This document shows, one piece after another, positions 10,360 through 20,746 of a stretch of DNA of 64,000 nucleotides. The stretch lies in the IMG/VR virus record IMGVR_UViG_3300042940_001591; one strand, given 5' to 3'. Position numbers and translations under genes: made by a program. The number at the start of each line of letters is the position of its first letter. Within the stretch, counting starts at the first letter, position 1. The notes under the pieces were generated by a model that was not told the origin of the DNA, ran no database searches, and was given only the letters and a program-made list of their open reading frames with translations. Source of the stretch: a virus (taxonomy: Duplodnaviria; Caudoviricetes).

Positions 10360-10692
10360 TTAATTTATTATAATATACAATGTACCACTAACTGGTGTTA
10401 TCGATGCATATGATGATGATGTAATAGTTTCGAGTTTATTAACGGTATTTGATGACATAATATTACTTCCGTTTACATTTGCACTGCCAGTAACATTTAA
10501 TGAACCTGTTAACGATAAACTACCACTAATATATTGACTACCGGTAAAATAATGTGAACCACTATCAACTAACGTTTGTCTAAGTGTGGATAATGTCGAT
10601 TTATATGTTGTACCACCAAATGCAACCGCGGTAACTCCGGTTAAACTTGGAGCAATTGAACTAGATAGTTCTGTTATTTTTTTTCCTGCCAT
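10360..10692 (-). CDS. Small tail-fibre-like structural protein
   Basis: MAGKKITEL start, GS-x-x-I/V beta repeats, C-terminal [14 protein letters not shown] motif common in phage fibres. Confidence 0.5.
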   Translation of the reverse strand: MAGKKITELSSSIAPSLTGVTAVAFGGTTYKSTLSTLRQTLVDSGSHYFTGSQYISGSLSLTGSLNVTGSANVNGSNIMSSNTVNKLETITSSSYASITPVSGTLYIIIN

Positions 10693-10705
10693 TTAAATAA
10701 ATAGT

Positions 10706-11881
10706 TTAAAATAGTATGATATCATTATTATTTTCAGTTATTATGTCTTCACCATCCTCTGTCAGTAATGCGTTTGAAAATACACCACTTAATGTGTCTA
10801 AACAATCTTCATAACATTCAACAATGTCAAAATTTGGTTTTATTTCGGTCAGATAATGGTGTCTTACTCTCGGGAAATTTAATGGTTCTTCAAAATATTT
10901 TATTTGATAAACATTAAATTGTGTATTCCCTGTATGTAATGATTGTATACCACTGGTTCCTCCACCCCATATTTGTACAATTTTATTTTCAGATTCTCTT
11001 AGTGAAGGTATTATTTCCTCCCAATCTTTTACTTTATAAATTAAATTTCCATTTAAAAATATCTTTAACGTACCCAACCTTCTCTGTTTTTCTGAAGCCC
11101 ACTCTCTATTTAATTTCTCAATAAATTCATATGTTGGTGTTGCCCCCGATAATACATCTATTGAGTTTGTTATGGTATAGCCAGTTGTTATTTGAGTTGT
11201 TGTAGTTCCGGTTGATGACCCAGTATAAGAAATAGGGTATGGACCTCTTATTAAATCGTTCCACCCACCGTCGTTTTCAATCTCACAACCTTCGTAGTGT
11301 TTATATCTGTCGAAAGTAATGGTTATATTAAAATCCATTGAAGTACCACCACTACATAAAACAGGGGTTTGTCCTGAAGATATATAATAACTCTCAGTAT
11401 AACCCGAACTTGAATCACATAAACCAGAATACCTATAAGATTCCCATTTTATTCTACGGTCATCCGTAAACGAAAAGGAAAGGTTGTTGTCAGCATAGTT
11501 AGATTGTACCGTTTCCCCACTAATACCCCAATAGTAAAATGTAGTACCACCCGACCAAGGTATATTCTCCTTATTAAAAACAAAATCCAAAGTCCAACCC
11601 TTTTCAGTACGTCTTCTAATGTTGAAATTACATGTATGACCTGTATATCTCTCGTTAATTGGTATTGACCACGGAGTTGTAAAATTGGTATAACATGAAG
11701 AATCTATTGTTAATCCTGTATATATAATTTCATTTGTTAAATCTAAAACGTCGGAATCATAATTCACGTCTTTTGATAATTCAAAATCATATAATTCGGA
11801 AGAATCCAACCTTAAATCTAATTTTAACCCATAAAAATTTAAAATATTCTGTCTATTCATGTTTCTATAAATATCTTTCAT
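10706..11881 (-). CDS. Hypothetical virion-type beta-rich protein (real start probably ~11860, MNRQNIL)
   Basis: Long beta/aromatic-rich ORF with C-terminal LLTEDGEDIITENNNDIIL; TATTTAT motif just upstream of the second Met. Confidence 0.6.
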   Translation of the reverse strand: MKDIYRNMNRQNILNFYGLKLDLRLDSSELYDFELSKDVNYDSDVLDLTNEIIYTGLTIDSSCYTNFTTPWSIPINERYTGHTCNFNIRRRTEKGWTLDFVFNKENIPWSGGTTFYYWGISGETVQSNYADNNLSFSFTDDRRIKWESYRYSGLCDSSSGYTESYYISSGQTPVLCSGGTSMDFNITITFDRYKHYEGCEIENDGGWNDLIRGPYPISYTGSSTGTTTTQITTGYTITNSIDVLSGATPTYEFIEKLNREWASEKQRRLGTLKIFLNGNLIYKVKDWEEIIPSLRESENKIVQIWGGGTSGIQSLHTGNTQFNVYQIKYFEEPLNFPRVRHHYLTEIKPNFDIVECYEDCLDTLSGVFSNALLTEDGEDIITENNNDIILF

Positions 11882-11913
11882 AAGATTTGATATTTATAAT
11901 AAAACCGATTTAG

Positions 11914-12657
11914 ATGAATAATTTTATAAAACAGGTAATTGAGGAGAAATTTGCATCAAAAGCACAACAAAGGTTCTTCTACGCTAAGGCGAATGAAAAG
12001 GGTAAACCTAAGAAAGAAAAGAAGAAATGGAGTAAATGGGCTAAGGAATTCTCTGATAAAACAAATTATGACGAAATACCTGATAAGGTAGAGACAGAGG
12101 TCGATGAAATTGTAGACAAATACGGAAATATTGCTACAGGCAAAAAACCAACTGATTTTAATACGAAAGGTGTCACACAAAAGAAAACAAGTGATGATGT
12201 TGCAAAGGCGGCTCATGGTTCTATGGGTAGAATGGCTAATGTTGGTGGATCAACAATGAGATATTGGGCTGAATCGGATATGAGTAAAGCGTTAGGATTT
12301 GACGACACGATGGCAAAAGATGCTGATTATGAGGATGCTGAAGACCATTTTAAAGGTGAATTAGGTTTAGATGAACCTGAAGCTGAAGATAGGTTAGCTC
12401 AAATGGGTTATGATAAAAAATTACCCGCGGATAAGGTAAGATTGGTTGAGAATCCTAAAAAATTCATGGAGGAATATATCGAAAGTGTTTTATCTAAAAG
12501 GGCAAAAGACAATGAAATCGTTTCAAAAGACGAACAAACAGAAGAAAAAGAAATTAACCCAATTGTTTTAAAACAATTAAAATCATTGAAAAATACAATG
12601 AATAGTCATAAATTATCAATTAATGATATTATGAAACATTTAAAAGATAATGAATAA
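11914..12657 (+). CDS. Hypothetical protein, putative head-internal protein
   Basis: TATTTAT motif at 11891; several hydrophobic-x-E sites (VIEE, LVEN, YIES). Confidence 0.7.
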   Translation: MNNFIKQVIEEKFASKAQQRFFYAKANEKGKPKKEKKKWSKWAKEFSDKTNYDEIPDKVETEVDEIVDKYGNIATGKKPTDFNTKGVTQKKTSDDVAKAAHGSMGRMANVGGSTMRYWAESDMSKALGFDDTMAKDADYEDAEDHFKGELGLDEPEAEDRLAQMGYDKKLPADKVRLVENPKKFMEEYIESVLSKRAKDNEIVSKDEQTEEKEINPIVLKQLKSLKNTMNSHKLSINDIMKHLKDNE

Positions 12658-13147
12658 AGATTTAAAAGATAGGGTATTCAACATACCTCAAAACATATTG
12701 GACAAAATTAATCACACTATTAAGAGTTTGGGTGGACAACACGTACATGGTGTACAAAGAGCACAAAAACTTTTAACAGATAAAACTGTAAAATATGGTC
12801 AACTTAAAAGAATTATCCACGATTTCCAAAAAATGGATAAGTCGGTAGATAGGGTTAAATATGATTTATCCGGCGGAGATTTAATGGATAAGTGGTCTAA
12901 ACAACATTTACAGGGAGAAAGAGATTTAGTTAGTAATGTCAAAGACGCAAGAAAAAGAGCTGATGAAATTGGTAGTATAGGTGGAGAAAGAAAGAATAGT
13001 CATCTTAAATCACATACTAAAGATGAAACTTTTAAAATACCAACCAATTTATTAAAAAGTAATTCACATAAAAATACAATAAGTCCAATATCATCTCTTG
13101 GATTGTTTGAACAAATTCAAAAATTTAAAAAATTAATATCATATTAA
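12650..13147 (+). CDS. Hypothetical protein
   Basis: Overlaps upstream gene; C-terminal LFEQIQKFKKLISY. Confidence 0.7.
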   Translation: MNKDLKDRVFNIPQNILDKINHTIKSLGGQHVHGVQRAQKLLTDKTVKYGQLKRIIHDFQKMDKSVDRVKYDLSGGDLMDKWSKQHLQGERDLVSNVKDARKRADEIGSIGGERKNSHLKSHTKDETFKIPTNLLKSNSHKNTISPISSLGLFEQIQKFKKLISY

Positions 13148-13148
13148 T

Positions 13149-13526
13149 ATGGCAACACAATTAGAAATTTTAGCAGAAAAACTTAGAAAAGAAGTTATTA
13201 GTAAGAATAGTTACAATAGTAGTAACGGTTATTCTTCAGTTAATAAGAACGCCTTGTCTGATGGAGACGAAAAGGGTAAGGGTGACGTTAATGGACAAGT
13301 TGGTTCCTCCATTGATATACAAAACAGAATCGATAATTTAGGACGAAATAGATACAACAACGGTAATGAATATTCATCTGTTAATAAGGACGCCCTATCT
13401 GATGGGGATGAATTTGGTAAAGGTGATGTTAACGGACAAGTTGGTTCATTAACCGATATTAAAACAAGAACTGACGTTGTTGCTAGAAATAAATACAATG
13501 AATCAAAAGGTTACCCTGATTTTTAA
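13149..13526 (+). CDS. Hypothetical protein built from a 47-aa tandem repeat
   Basis: YSSVNKNALSDGDEKGKGDVNGQVGSSID and YSSVNKDALSDGDEFGKGDVNGQVGSLTD. Confidence 0.75.
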   Translation: MATQLEILAEKLRKEVISKNSYNSSNGYSSVNKNALSDGDEKGKGDVNGQVGSSIDIQNRIDNLGRNRYNNGNEYSSVNKDALSDGDEFGKGDVNGQVGSLTDIKTRTDVVARNKYNESKGYPDF

Positions 13527-13529
13527 TTT

Positions 13530-14252
13530 ATGTTAAATAATACAATCTTTGACATAATCGAAGAACAATCTATACTTAAAACAACTAAAACGAAACCTAT
13601 TGTTGATGCCATCAAAAATAGGAAAAAAATTACGTTTTATTATTCTGGACCAAGAAAACCTAAAAAAGATAGTGTGAAACCGGGTTATAGAGTAAAGGCA
13701 GAAGTCGTTGCATTAGGATTAAGTAAAAAAGGTAATTTGGTTATGAGAGCATATGTTCAACCCCCATCAACCTCAAAAAAGGGGTTTGCAAAACATGGAT
13801 GGAGAACGTTTATGTTGAGTAGGATGAGTGGAACTAATGTGACCGATGAAATTTTTAACGAGAAGAGACCGGGTTATAAAGAAGGTGATGACAATGGATT
13901 AAGTGTTACATATGTAACAACTGATTGGACTAAACAACCCAAAACCAAAAAAGTCGAAAAACCACAACCAAAAGTTGAACCAAAAACCACAGTTAAACCA
14001 CCTATTGAAAAACCTGATGTTAATGTTGAAAAACCCCAACCACAAGTTAAAACACCGGAACCAAAACCAACAGAATTACCTCAACCAAAACCAGAAGTAA
14101 AACCAACAAAAGCACAGGAACCTCCTAAGGAAGAACCAAAACCAGAGGACTTACCACAACCAAAACCAGAAGATAAACCAACTCAAAACCCTGAGGAGGA
14201 TAACAATCTTCAAGAAAATTTAAAAAGAATTAAGAGTTTAATGTTACTATAA
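13530..14252 (+). CDS. WYL-like domain protein with Pro/Lys/Glu-rich tail
   Basis: IVDAIKNRKKITFYY...RVKAEVVALG...LVMRAY...WRTFMLSRM matches the WYL fold pattern. Confidence 0.6.
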   Translation: MLNNTIFDIIEEQSILKTTKTKPIVDAIKNRKKITFYYSGPRKPKKDSVKPGYRVKAEVVALGLSKKGNLVMRAYVQPPSTSKKGFAKHGWRTFMLSRMSGTNVTDEIFNEKRPGYKEGDDNGLSVTYVTTDWTKQPKTKKVEKPQPKVEPKTTVKPPIEKPDVNVEKPQPQVKTPEPKPTELPQPKPEVKPTKAQEPPKEEPKPEDLPQPKPEDKPTQNPEEDNNLQENLKRIKSLMLL

Positions 14253-14287
14253 AAATAGTTATAATTAAAAAAGAAAATATTATTATC

Positions 14288-14872
14288 ATGTCACAAGGTA
14301 AAGGAAGTATATCACAAAACGATTTAATGAAAAAATTAGTTCAGGCCAAAAAAGTTATGAATAAAGTAGATGGAGGAGATTATGAAAGAGGTCACGTTAA
14401 TGAATCTATGTTATTATCTTCTCCTGAAGATGTAATGAACAATACTGAATATCAATCAACTCCAACAAGACCAATAGGTTCCCCTTCAATTGATAAAATA
14501 CAAAATTCTAAATTACCCGACGCAATTAAAAGGGCTATGATTGAAAGTCCAATACAACAAATGAACCAAATTTCATTAAACGATACTCTTGATATGGATT
14601 TTATTAAGGGAGCAAAACGATTAATGGAACAAGAAGGTGTTGCAACTAAAAAACAACAAGTACAACCACAAAGACAACAATCTTCAGGTGGTAATATTGA
14701 TATGGGTGCAATTGCGGTTCTTATTGAAAACACCATACGTAAAGTATTGGATGAAAAATTAAATCAAATTCTAACCGCCCAAACAACATCAACTATAAAT
14801 GAAAATTTAGTATTAAAAGTTGGTGATTCTATTTTTAAGGGTAAAATTACTGGCGTAAATAAAGCCAAGTAA
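14288..14872 (+). CDS. Hypothetical protein
   Basis: ATG ORF in operon; VNES/INEN sites. Confidence 0.7.
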   Translation: MSQGKGSISQNDLMKKLVQAKKVMNKVDGGDYERGHVNESMLLSSPEDVMNNTEYQSTPTRPIGSPSIDKIQNSKLPDAIKRAMIESPIQQMNQISLNDTLDMDFIKGAKRLMEQEGVATKKQQVQPQRQQSSGGNIDMGAIAVLIENTIRKVLDEKLNQILTAQTTSTINENLVLKVGDSIFKGKITGVNKAK

Positions 14873-14923
14873 TTTTGTTTTTCCAATTTTTTTAGTTATA
14901 TTTTAGACATATAAAGTAACATA

Positions 14924-16147
14924 ATGTCAAAATTGAGAATTTTAGCTATTCCGTCCGATGCCCATGGTGTGGGTAAATTTAGGATAATGGATCCATACAA
15001 ATATATTGGTGATAATCACATGGATGAATTTCATGTTGACATTTCATATAATGTTGAAAATAATGATGAAGCGTTTTTAAATTATGACATTGTTGTGTTT
15101 CATAGTTTTATACACCAAACAACTCACGAAGATAACGTTAATAGAGTTTTATGGTTAAAGAAACAAGGAATTAAAGTTGTAATGGACATTGATGATTTAT
15201 GGTTTGTTGACCAAAGACATCCAATGTACCAACAAATAAAAATTTCTAAAATGGGTGAGAAAAAAATCGAGTTACTTAAAATTGCCGATTATGTTTCCAC
15301 AACAACTTCCATCTTTGCTAAAACAATTAAAGAAAGATTAGGTGTTAAAAACATTGTTATTTTTCCAAATGCCGTGAACAATGAAGAACCTCAGTTTAAA
15401 CTAAATCCAATTAAATCAGATAAAGTTAGATTCGGTTGGTTAGGTGGGTCATCACATTTACACGATATTGAGTTAATGGCAAGTGGTATTTCCGCGACAC
15501 ATAATTTATTTAAAGATAAAGTACAATTTGTTTTATGTGGATTTGATTTAAGAGGTAATGTAATGGAAATTGACGATAAAGGTAATCGTAGAAATAGACC
15601 AATTAAACCACATGAAACTGTTTGGTTCAAATATGAAAAGTTCTTTACAGATGATTATAAAGTTTTAAGTGAAGAATATAAATCATATCTTAATACGTTT
15701 ATGGAAATTCCATATGATGATGAAAATGAACCATATAGAAGAAGATGGACAAAAGAAATAAACACATATGCAACAAACTATAACACTTTTGACGTATCTT
15801 TGGCTCCGTTAGTTGAATCTGTGTTTAATGCAAATAAATCACAATTAAAAGTCATTGAAGCTGGTTTTTATAAAAAGGCTTTGATTGCAAGTGATACAGA
15901 CCCATTCACTTTGGATTTATTGTCTGCGGTAAACGAAGGTAATTTTAATGATAAAGGAAACGCATTATTGGTAGGTACAAAAAAGAATCACAAAGATTGG
16001 GCGAGACATATGAAACGATTAGTTGAAAATCCAAATATGATTGAAGACTTAGGAAACCGTTTATATGAAACAGTTAAAGACACATACTCACTAAAAAAAG
16101 TGTGTCAAGATAGAGTAGAATTTTTCAAATCAATTATAAATAAATAA
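14924..16147 (+). CDS. Glycosyltransferase, GT-B fold (GT4-like)
   Basis: VVMDIDD, ADYVSTTT, IFPNAV, FGWLGGSSH, DVSLAPL..FNANKSQLKVIEAG. Confidence 0.85.
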   Translation: MSKLRILAIPSDAHGVGKFRIMDPYKYIGDNHMDEFHVDISYNVENNDEAFLNYDIVVFHSFIHQTTHEDNVNRVLWLKKQGIKVVMDIDDLWFVDQRHPMYQQIKISKMGEKKIELLKIADYVSTTTSIFAKTIKERLGVKNIVIFPNAVNNEEPQFKLNPIKSDKVRFGWLGGSSHLHDIELMASGISATHNLFKDKVQFVLCGFDLRGNVMEIDDKGNRRNRPIKPHETVWFKYEKFFTDDYKVLSEEYKSYLNTFMEIPYDDENEPYRRRWTKEINTYATNYNTFDVSLAPLVESVFNANKSQLKVIEAGFYKKALIASDTDPFTLDLLSAVNEGNFNDKGNALLVGTKKNHKDWARHMKRLVENPNMIEDLGNRLYETVKDTYSLKKVCQDRVEFFKSIINK

Positions 16148-16158
16148 AACAAACACGT

Positions 16159-16392
16159 ATGCATTACTTAGTAACTATCGGTTATGAAACCGAACAAATG
16201 GACAGAAACGGAAACGCCCGTCTTCAAAAATTAAAGTACATTATCGAAGCGGAAACTGTTGAAGAAGCGACAATTGTTGCGTCAAAATATAGAGCCGGAG
16301 ATGTTCGAACAAGCGAAAGTATTTCAGTTGCAAAAATGGCAATTGAATGTGTTATCGACAAAAAGAACACGCCGGAATATTACAAGGCTTAA
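16159..16392 (+). CDS. Hypothetical protein
   Basis: ATG ORF in operon. Confidence 0.65.
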   Translation: MHYLVTIGYETEQMDRNGNARLQKLKYIIEAETVEEATIVASKYRAGDVRTSESISVAKMAIECVIDKKNTPEYYKA

Positions 16393-16414
16393 TAACAAAC
16401 ACACCAACTGAATT

Positions 16415-16636
16415 ATGGATTTCTACGGTAGAGATATACAGATAATGCGACAATCGCAAAGTAAAATGGCTTTAGAATACCTTAATACAGTTGGTGTTCA
16501 AGTTACATTTGAGGAATTACAACGTGTAACGGATGTATTTGTCGAGTGTTGTTTAAGACCACAAGATAATGACTTAAAAGAGAGAGTTAAGAAATTAGAT
16601 AAATGGATATTAGAAAAAAAACTAAAAAATGAATAA
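16415..16636 (+). CDS. Hypothetical protein
   Basis: ATG ORF overlapping the dUTPase start. Confidence 0.65.
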   Translation: MDFYGRDIQIMRQSQSKMALEYLNTVGVQVTFEELQRVTDVFVECCLRPQDNDLKERVKKLDKWILEKKLKNE

Positions 16637-17228
16637 AAAAGAAATTGAGGACTATATAAAAAAATTAAAAGAGTTTGAAACAGAATTATCTAATGATGAT
16701 GATTTGGATTTTAATTTTATTAATGAATTAAATGGTGTTTTAAATAAAATTAATACCGACATTAAAAATGAAACTCAAGAAACACCGATATATAATAATT
16801 CATTAATTGTTAAAGTTAAAAAATTGAGTGATAATGCCGTTATACCATCTTATTCTAAAGTTGGTGATGCTGGTATGGATTTAACAATTACAAGAGAAAT
16901 TGAAAACACATCTTTTAGTGTTTCCTATGGATTTGGAATCTCAATGGAAATTCCAAAAAATTTCGTTGGTTTAGTATTTCCGCGTTCATCAGTACGTAAC
17001 CAAGATTTGATTTTATCAAACTGTGTGGGTGTAATTGACAGTGGGTATCGAGGTGAAATACAGGCAACATTCAAGAAAACGAACGGATTAGACTCAATTA
17101 AATACAAAGTAGGAGATAGGGGTGCTCAGATTATTATATTACCCTACCCACAAGTTAAAATGGTCGAATCAGATGAATTATCCGATACTGAAAGAGGAAC
17201 GGGTGGATTTGGGTCCACAGGTCAATAG
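16629..17228 (+). CDS. dut: Trimeric dUTPase with acidic N-terminal extension
   Basis: Motifs AGMDL, PRSS, GVIDSGYRGEI, GDRGAQ, RGTGGFGSTG. Confidence 0.95.
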   Translation: MNKKEIEDYIKKLKEFETELSNDDDLDFNFINELNGVLNKINTDIKNETQETPIYNNSLIVKVKKLSDNAVIPSYSKVGDAGMDLTITREIENTSFSVSYGFGISMEIPKNFVGLVFPRSSVRNQDLILSNCVGVIDSGYRGEIQATFKKTNGLDSIKYKVGDRGAQIIILPYPQVKMVESDELSDTERGTGGFGSTGQ

Positions 17229-17275
17229 TGAGATATTTATATAAAATAACAATTGAAATTTAAAATTTAAAAGTT

Positions 17276-18007
17276 TTGGCATTAAAACCTAAGGTTGGGA
17301 AAAACTACTCAGTTCCCGTTGTAGTTGAAGATAAGAAAATATCTCATAAAGATAAGATTAGACAAATAATAAAAAGACCAAAAGAAAAGTTCCTAACTAA
17401 GAATCAAGAAACCTATTGGGACATTCTTGGAGAAAATCAAATTACATTATGTTTCGGTCCTGCGGGTGTGGGTAAGTCCTACATAGCGATGAAACGAGCC
17501 GTAGACCTATTATACGACGATTCTAACAAGTATGAGAAGATAATTATAGTTAGACCCGCAGTTGAAGCTGAGGAGAAATTAGGGTCCCTTCCGGGAGGTT
17601 TAGAAGAGAAATTAGACCCATACATTTATCCATCATATTACCTTTTAAATAAGATTATCGGTAAAGAGGCTCGTGAAACTTTAAAAGATATGGGTTATAT
17701 TGAAGTGGCGGCACTTGCGTACATGAGAGGGTGGAACGTAGATAATACAATATTAGTGTTTGAAGAAGCCCAAAACGCTACACCATCTCAAATTAAGTTG
17801 TTATTAACTCGTATTGGATACAATTCAAAATTCTTTATTTCAGGTGATCTTGAGCAATCGGATAAATTTAGAGATAAAACAAAATCTGGTTTATTTGATG
17901 CAAAGAAAAGATTACAAGATGTAAAGGGGATTGGAATATTTGAATTTGGTATGGAGGATATTGTACGAAATCCAATCATCGGTGAAATACTAAATAGATA
18001 CGAATAG
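17276..18007 (+). CDS. phoH: PhoH-like ATPase
   Basis: GPAGVGKS, IVRPAVE, LGSLPG, AYMRG, EEAQN, GDLEQSD, DIVRNPII. Confidence 0.93.
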   Translation: MALKPKVGKNYSVPVVVEDKKISHKDKIRQIIKRPKEKFLTKNQETYWDILGENQITLCFGPAGVGKSYIAMKRAVDLLYDDSNKYEKIIIVRPAVEAEEKLGSLPGGLEEKLDPYIYPSYYLLNKIIGKEARETLKDMGYIEVAALAYMRGWNVDNTILVFEEAQNATPSQIKLLLTRIGYNSKFFISGDLEQSDKFRDKTKSGLFDAKKRLQDVKGIGIFEFGMEDIVRNPIIGEILNRYE

Positions 18008-18044
18008 GGTTTACTTATAATCTCGATAATGTTATATTTCTTAT

Positions 18045-18695
18045 ATGGAAATATTCATTAGTATCGATGGTGTTTTAAGAAACACAATACAAAAATTTGA
18101 CTACCACTATAATGATGCATATCTAGCATCTGATTTTGAGAACGAAAATAAGTTCGAATACGGTGTTGTTGAGCCAATTAAAAATGATGATTTGTTTAAT
18201 CATTATAGGTTTCAATCACAAGACGAATTCGAATTTTTTCTTTTTATGGAATATCCTATTGAGATATTTGGTCACGCTGGTTTAAGTTATTCAACAACAT
18301 TTACCGATTTACATAAATTGTTGTTCGAAAATAAAGAACATAATTTTACGTTGGTTGGTTTAAATGAATTGGGTAAAGCAAAGCCCGCTACTTTATTTTT
18401 TCTATCAAAAAATGGTTTTCTTGGTAATAATATAAAATTTATTAAAACTGAGGATATTAAAAATACGTGGGACTTATGTGATGCTTGGATAACTGATAAT
18501 AAACAAATTTTAGATTCGTGTCCTGAAAATAAAACAGGAATAAAATTCAATAGCAAATATAACGGACACTTTACTTATAATAAAGAAATAACTAAATTAA
18601 CTGAAATACAAGAACCATGGTCGAAATTTTCGGAAAATACTACTACATTGACCTTGACGGAATCACAGAAAAATGTAGAACAGGAAACAAAATAA
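18045..18695 (+). CDS. HAD-fold 5'(3')-nucleotidase-like protein (degenerate motif I)
   Basis: IFISIDGVLRN (DxDGV with the first Asp replaced by Ser); WITDN-type motif IV. Confidence 0.5.
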   Translation: MEIFISIDGVLRNTIQKFDYHYNDAYLASDFENENKFEYGVVEPIKNDDLFNHYRFQSQDEFEFFLFMEYPIEIFGHAGLSYSTTFTDLHKLLFENKEHNFTLVGLNELGKAKPATLFFLSKNGFLGNNIKFIKTEDIKNTWDLCDAWITDNKQILDSCPENKTGIKFNSKYNGHFTYNKEITKLTEIQEPWSKFSENTTTLTLTESQKNVEQETK

Positions 18696-18910
18696 AAACT
18701 GAAGAAGAAGAAGATACTTTAGAAATAAACATTTTCAAATATGAAATTATTAAAATGTGTTTAGAAAGAATCTTAGGTGAGGTAGATGATGTTGATGAAG
18801 AGATGGGTGCGTTTGCACAAAACTCAACCACCACATCATTTAAAATAGCATTTAACACCCTAATAAAATATAAAATCTTAATCGAAGAATTAAACGAAGA
18901 CGATGAATAA
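18617..18910 (+). CDS. Hypothetical protein
   Basis: ATG ORF overlapping the upstream gene by 79 nt and the downstream gene by 8 nt. Confidence 0.6.
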   Translation: MVEIFGKYYYIDLDGITEKCRTGNKIKTEEEEDTLEINIFKYEIIKMCLERILGEVDDVDEEMGAFAQNSTTTSFKIAFNTLIKYKILIEELNEDDE

Positions 18911-19970
18911 TAAAGAAAACATTGAAAAATTAGAGTCCTCATTAGGAAGACTCGCAACAAAAGAAAATGTCATATATTTTTTAACATATGATACAAGAAA
19001 TAACGCAAGAGCATCTGTAAAGCATATCTACGATATGGCATTGATATTGAAACAAAACGATTACAATGTTAAAATATTAGTAGAGGATAAAAGCTATACT
19101 GGAGTTAGTAATTGGTTAGGTAGCACATATGACGAATTAAGTGTTGTTACAATCAAAGAAGATAAAATAGAAATAAAAATAGATGACGTACTTGTAGTAC
19201 CTGAATATTATTCAAACGCATTAGAACAATTATCTAGCGTTAAATGTGTAAAGGTAATGTTAATACAACAAAAAGATTATATTTTTGAAAATCTACCAAT
19301 TGGTAGTCGTTGGAGTGATTATGGTTTTGATAGAGTTATTACAACAACAGAAGAAACTAAGAAATATATTTTAGATATATTTCCAGAATCTTTAGTTTTT
19401 GTTATCCCTCCAATTATAGGTGAAAATTTCAAACCAATATCATTACCATTAAAACCATATATTGCAATTAGTTCAAGAGATAGATTAATTCATAGAAGAA
19501 TCATATCTGAATTTTATTTAAAATACCCACAATTACGTTGGATAACATTTAAAGATATGGTTCAATTATCTTATGATGAATTTGCAACCGCATTAAAAGA
19601 ATGTATGGTTTCTGTTTGGGTTGACGATGACTCTACGTTTGGTACGTTCCCATTGGAGTCGATGAAATGTGGAGTTCCTGTTGTTGGTAAAATACCAAAT
19701 ATTGAACCTGAATGGTTAGACGAAAATGGAATGTGGACATATGATATCAATAAGTTGGTAGAAATATTAGCAACTTATGTATTGGCGTGGGTTGAAGGAG
19801 TTGAATTAAGTGATGAGGTTAAGGAAAAAATGAAGGATACTTTATTACCATATAGTCTTGATATAACAAAAAACAATGTACTATCAATTTTCAAATCACT
19901 AATAAATAAAAGAGTGGAATCTATCGAGAATGCACTTAATAAATTAAAAGAAGAAGAAACTACAGCATGA
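18903..19970 (+). CDS. Glycosyltransferase-like protein (GT-B)
   Basis: DVLVVPEY, FGTFPLESMKCGVPVVG (E-x7-E-like GT4 motif region). Confidence 0.7.
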   Translation: MNNKENIEKLESSLGRLATKENVIYFLTYDTRNNARASVKHIYDMALILKQNDYNVKILVEDKSYTGVSNWLGSTYDELSVVTIKEDKIEIKIDDVLVVPEYYSNALEQLSSVKCVKVMLIQQKDYIFENLPIGSRWSDYGFDRVITTTEETKKYILDIFPESLVFVIPPIIGENFKPISLPLKPYIAISSRDRLIHRRIISEFYLKYPQLRWITFKDMVQLSYDEFATALKECMVSVWVDDDSTFGTFPLESMKCGVPVVGKIPNIEPEWLDENGMWTYDINKLVEILATYVLAWVEGVELSDEVKEKMKDTLLPYSLDITKNNVLSIFKSLINKRVESIENALNKLKEEETTA

Positions 19971-20746
19971 AAAATATAACAGTAATTTTACCAATTCATA
20001 CCTTATCTGATGATTATAAGGAAATGTTAAATAACGCACTATCATCAGTCGAAGATTTTCATAATGATGTAAAAGTTTCTATTGTTTGTCCAACATCATT
20101 AAAAAAAGATTTAAAAGATTTATCAAATAAATTAGAAATAACGATTGTTACAAATAAAGGTGAGACCGATTTTTGTTCACAAGTAAATTTAGGTATTGAC
20201 AATTGTGATACTGAATGGTTTACAATTTTAGAAATTGATGACGAATTTAAACCAGTTTGGTTAAAATCAATGAACGAATATAGTAAAGTCTTTACAGATG
20301 TTTCTGTATTTTTACCAATAGTTAAAGATATTAATGTAGAGGGTAAATTTATTAATTATACTAATGAATCTGCTTGGGCATATGGTTTTACCGATATGCA
20401 AGGATTTATCGATAACGAAGTTTTATTAGATTTCCAAAATTATCAAACAAGCGGTGGATTATTTAAAACACAAGTCATTAAAGACAATGGTAAATTTAAA
20501 GAAAATATTAAATTAACATTTGTTTATGAATTCTTATTAAGATTAACACACAATGGTGTTAGAATAATGACAGTTCCTAAGGCGGGATATCAACACGTAA
20601 ATCTAAGAGAAGATTCATTATTTTGGAAATATAAAAATGAGGAAAAAATGATTCTATCTGAAAACGAAGTTAAATTTTGGTTGGACACAGCAAAGAAAGA
20701 ATTTTTCTTTAAAAATAAACGAGATGTAAATTATCAACCAGCTTAA
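19967..20746 (+). CDS. Glycosyltransferase family 2 (GT-A)
   Basis: ITVILP, SQVNLGI, EWFTILEIDD, YEFLLR. Confidence 0.8.
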   Translation: MKNITVILPIHTLSDDYKEMLNNALSSVEDFHNDVKVSIVCPTSLKKDLKDLSNKLEITIVTNKGETDFCSQVNLGIDNCDTEWFTILEIDDEFKPVWLKSMNEYSKVFTDVSVFLPIVKDINVEGKFINYTNESAWAYGFTDMQGFIDNEVLLDFQNYQTSGGLFKTQVIKDNGKFKENIKLTFVYEFLLRLTHNGVRIMTVPKAGYQHVNLREDSLFWKYKNEEKMILSENEVKFWLDTAKKEFFFKNKRDVNYQPA

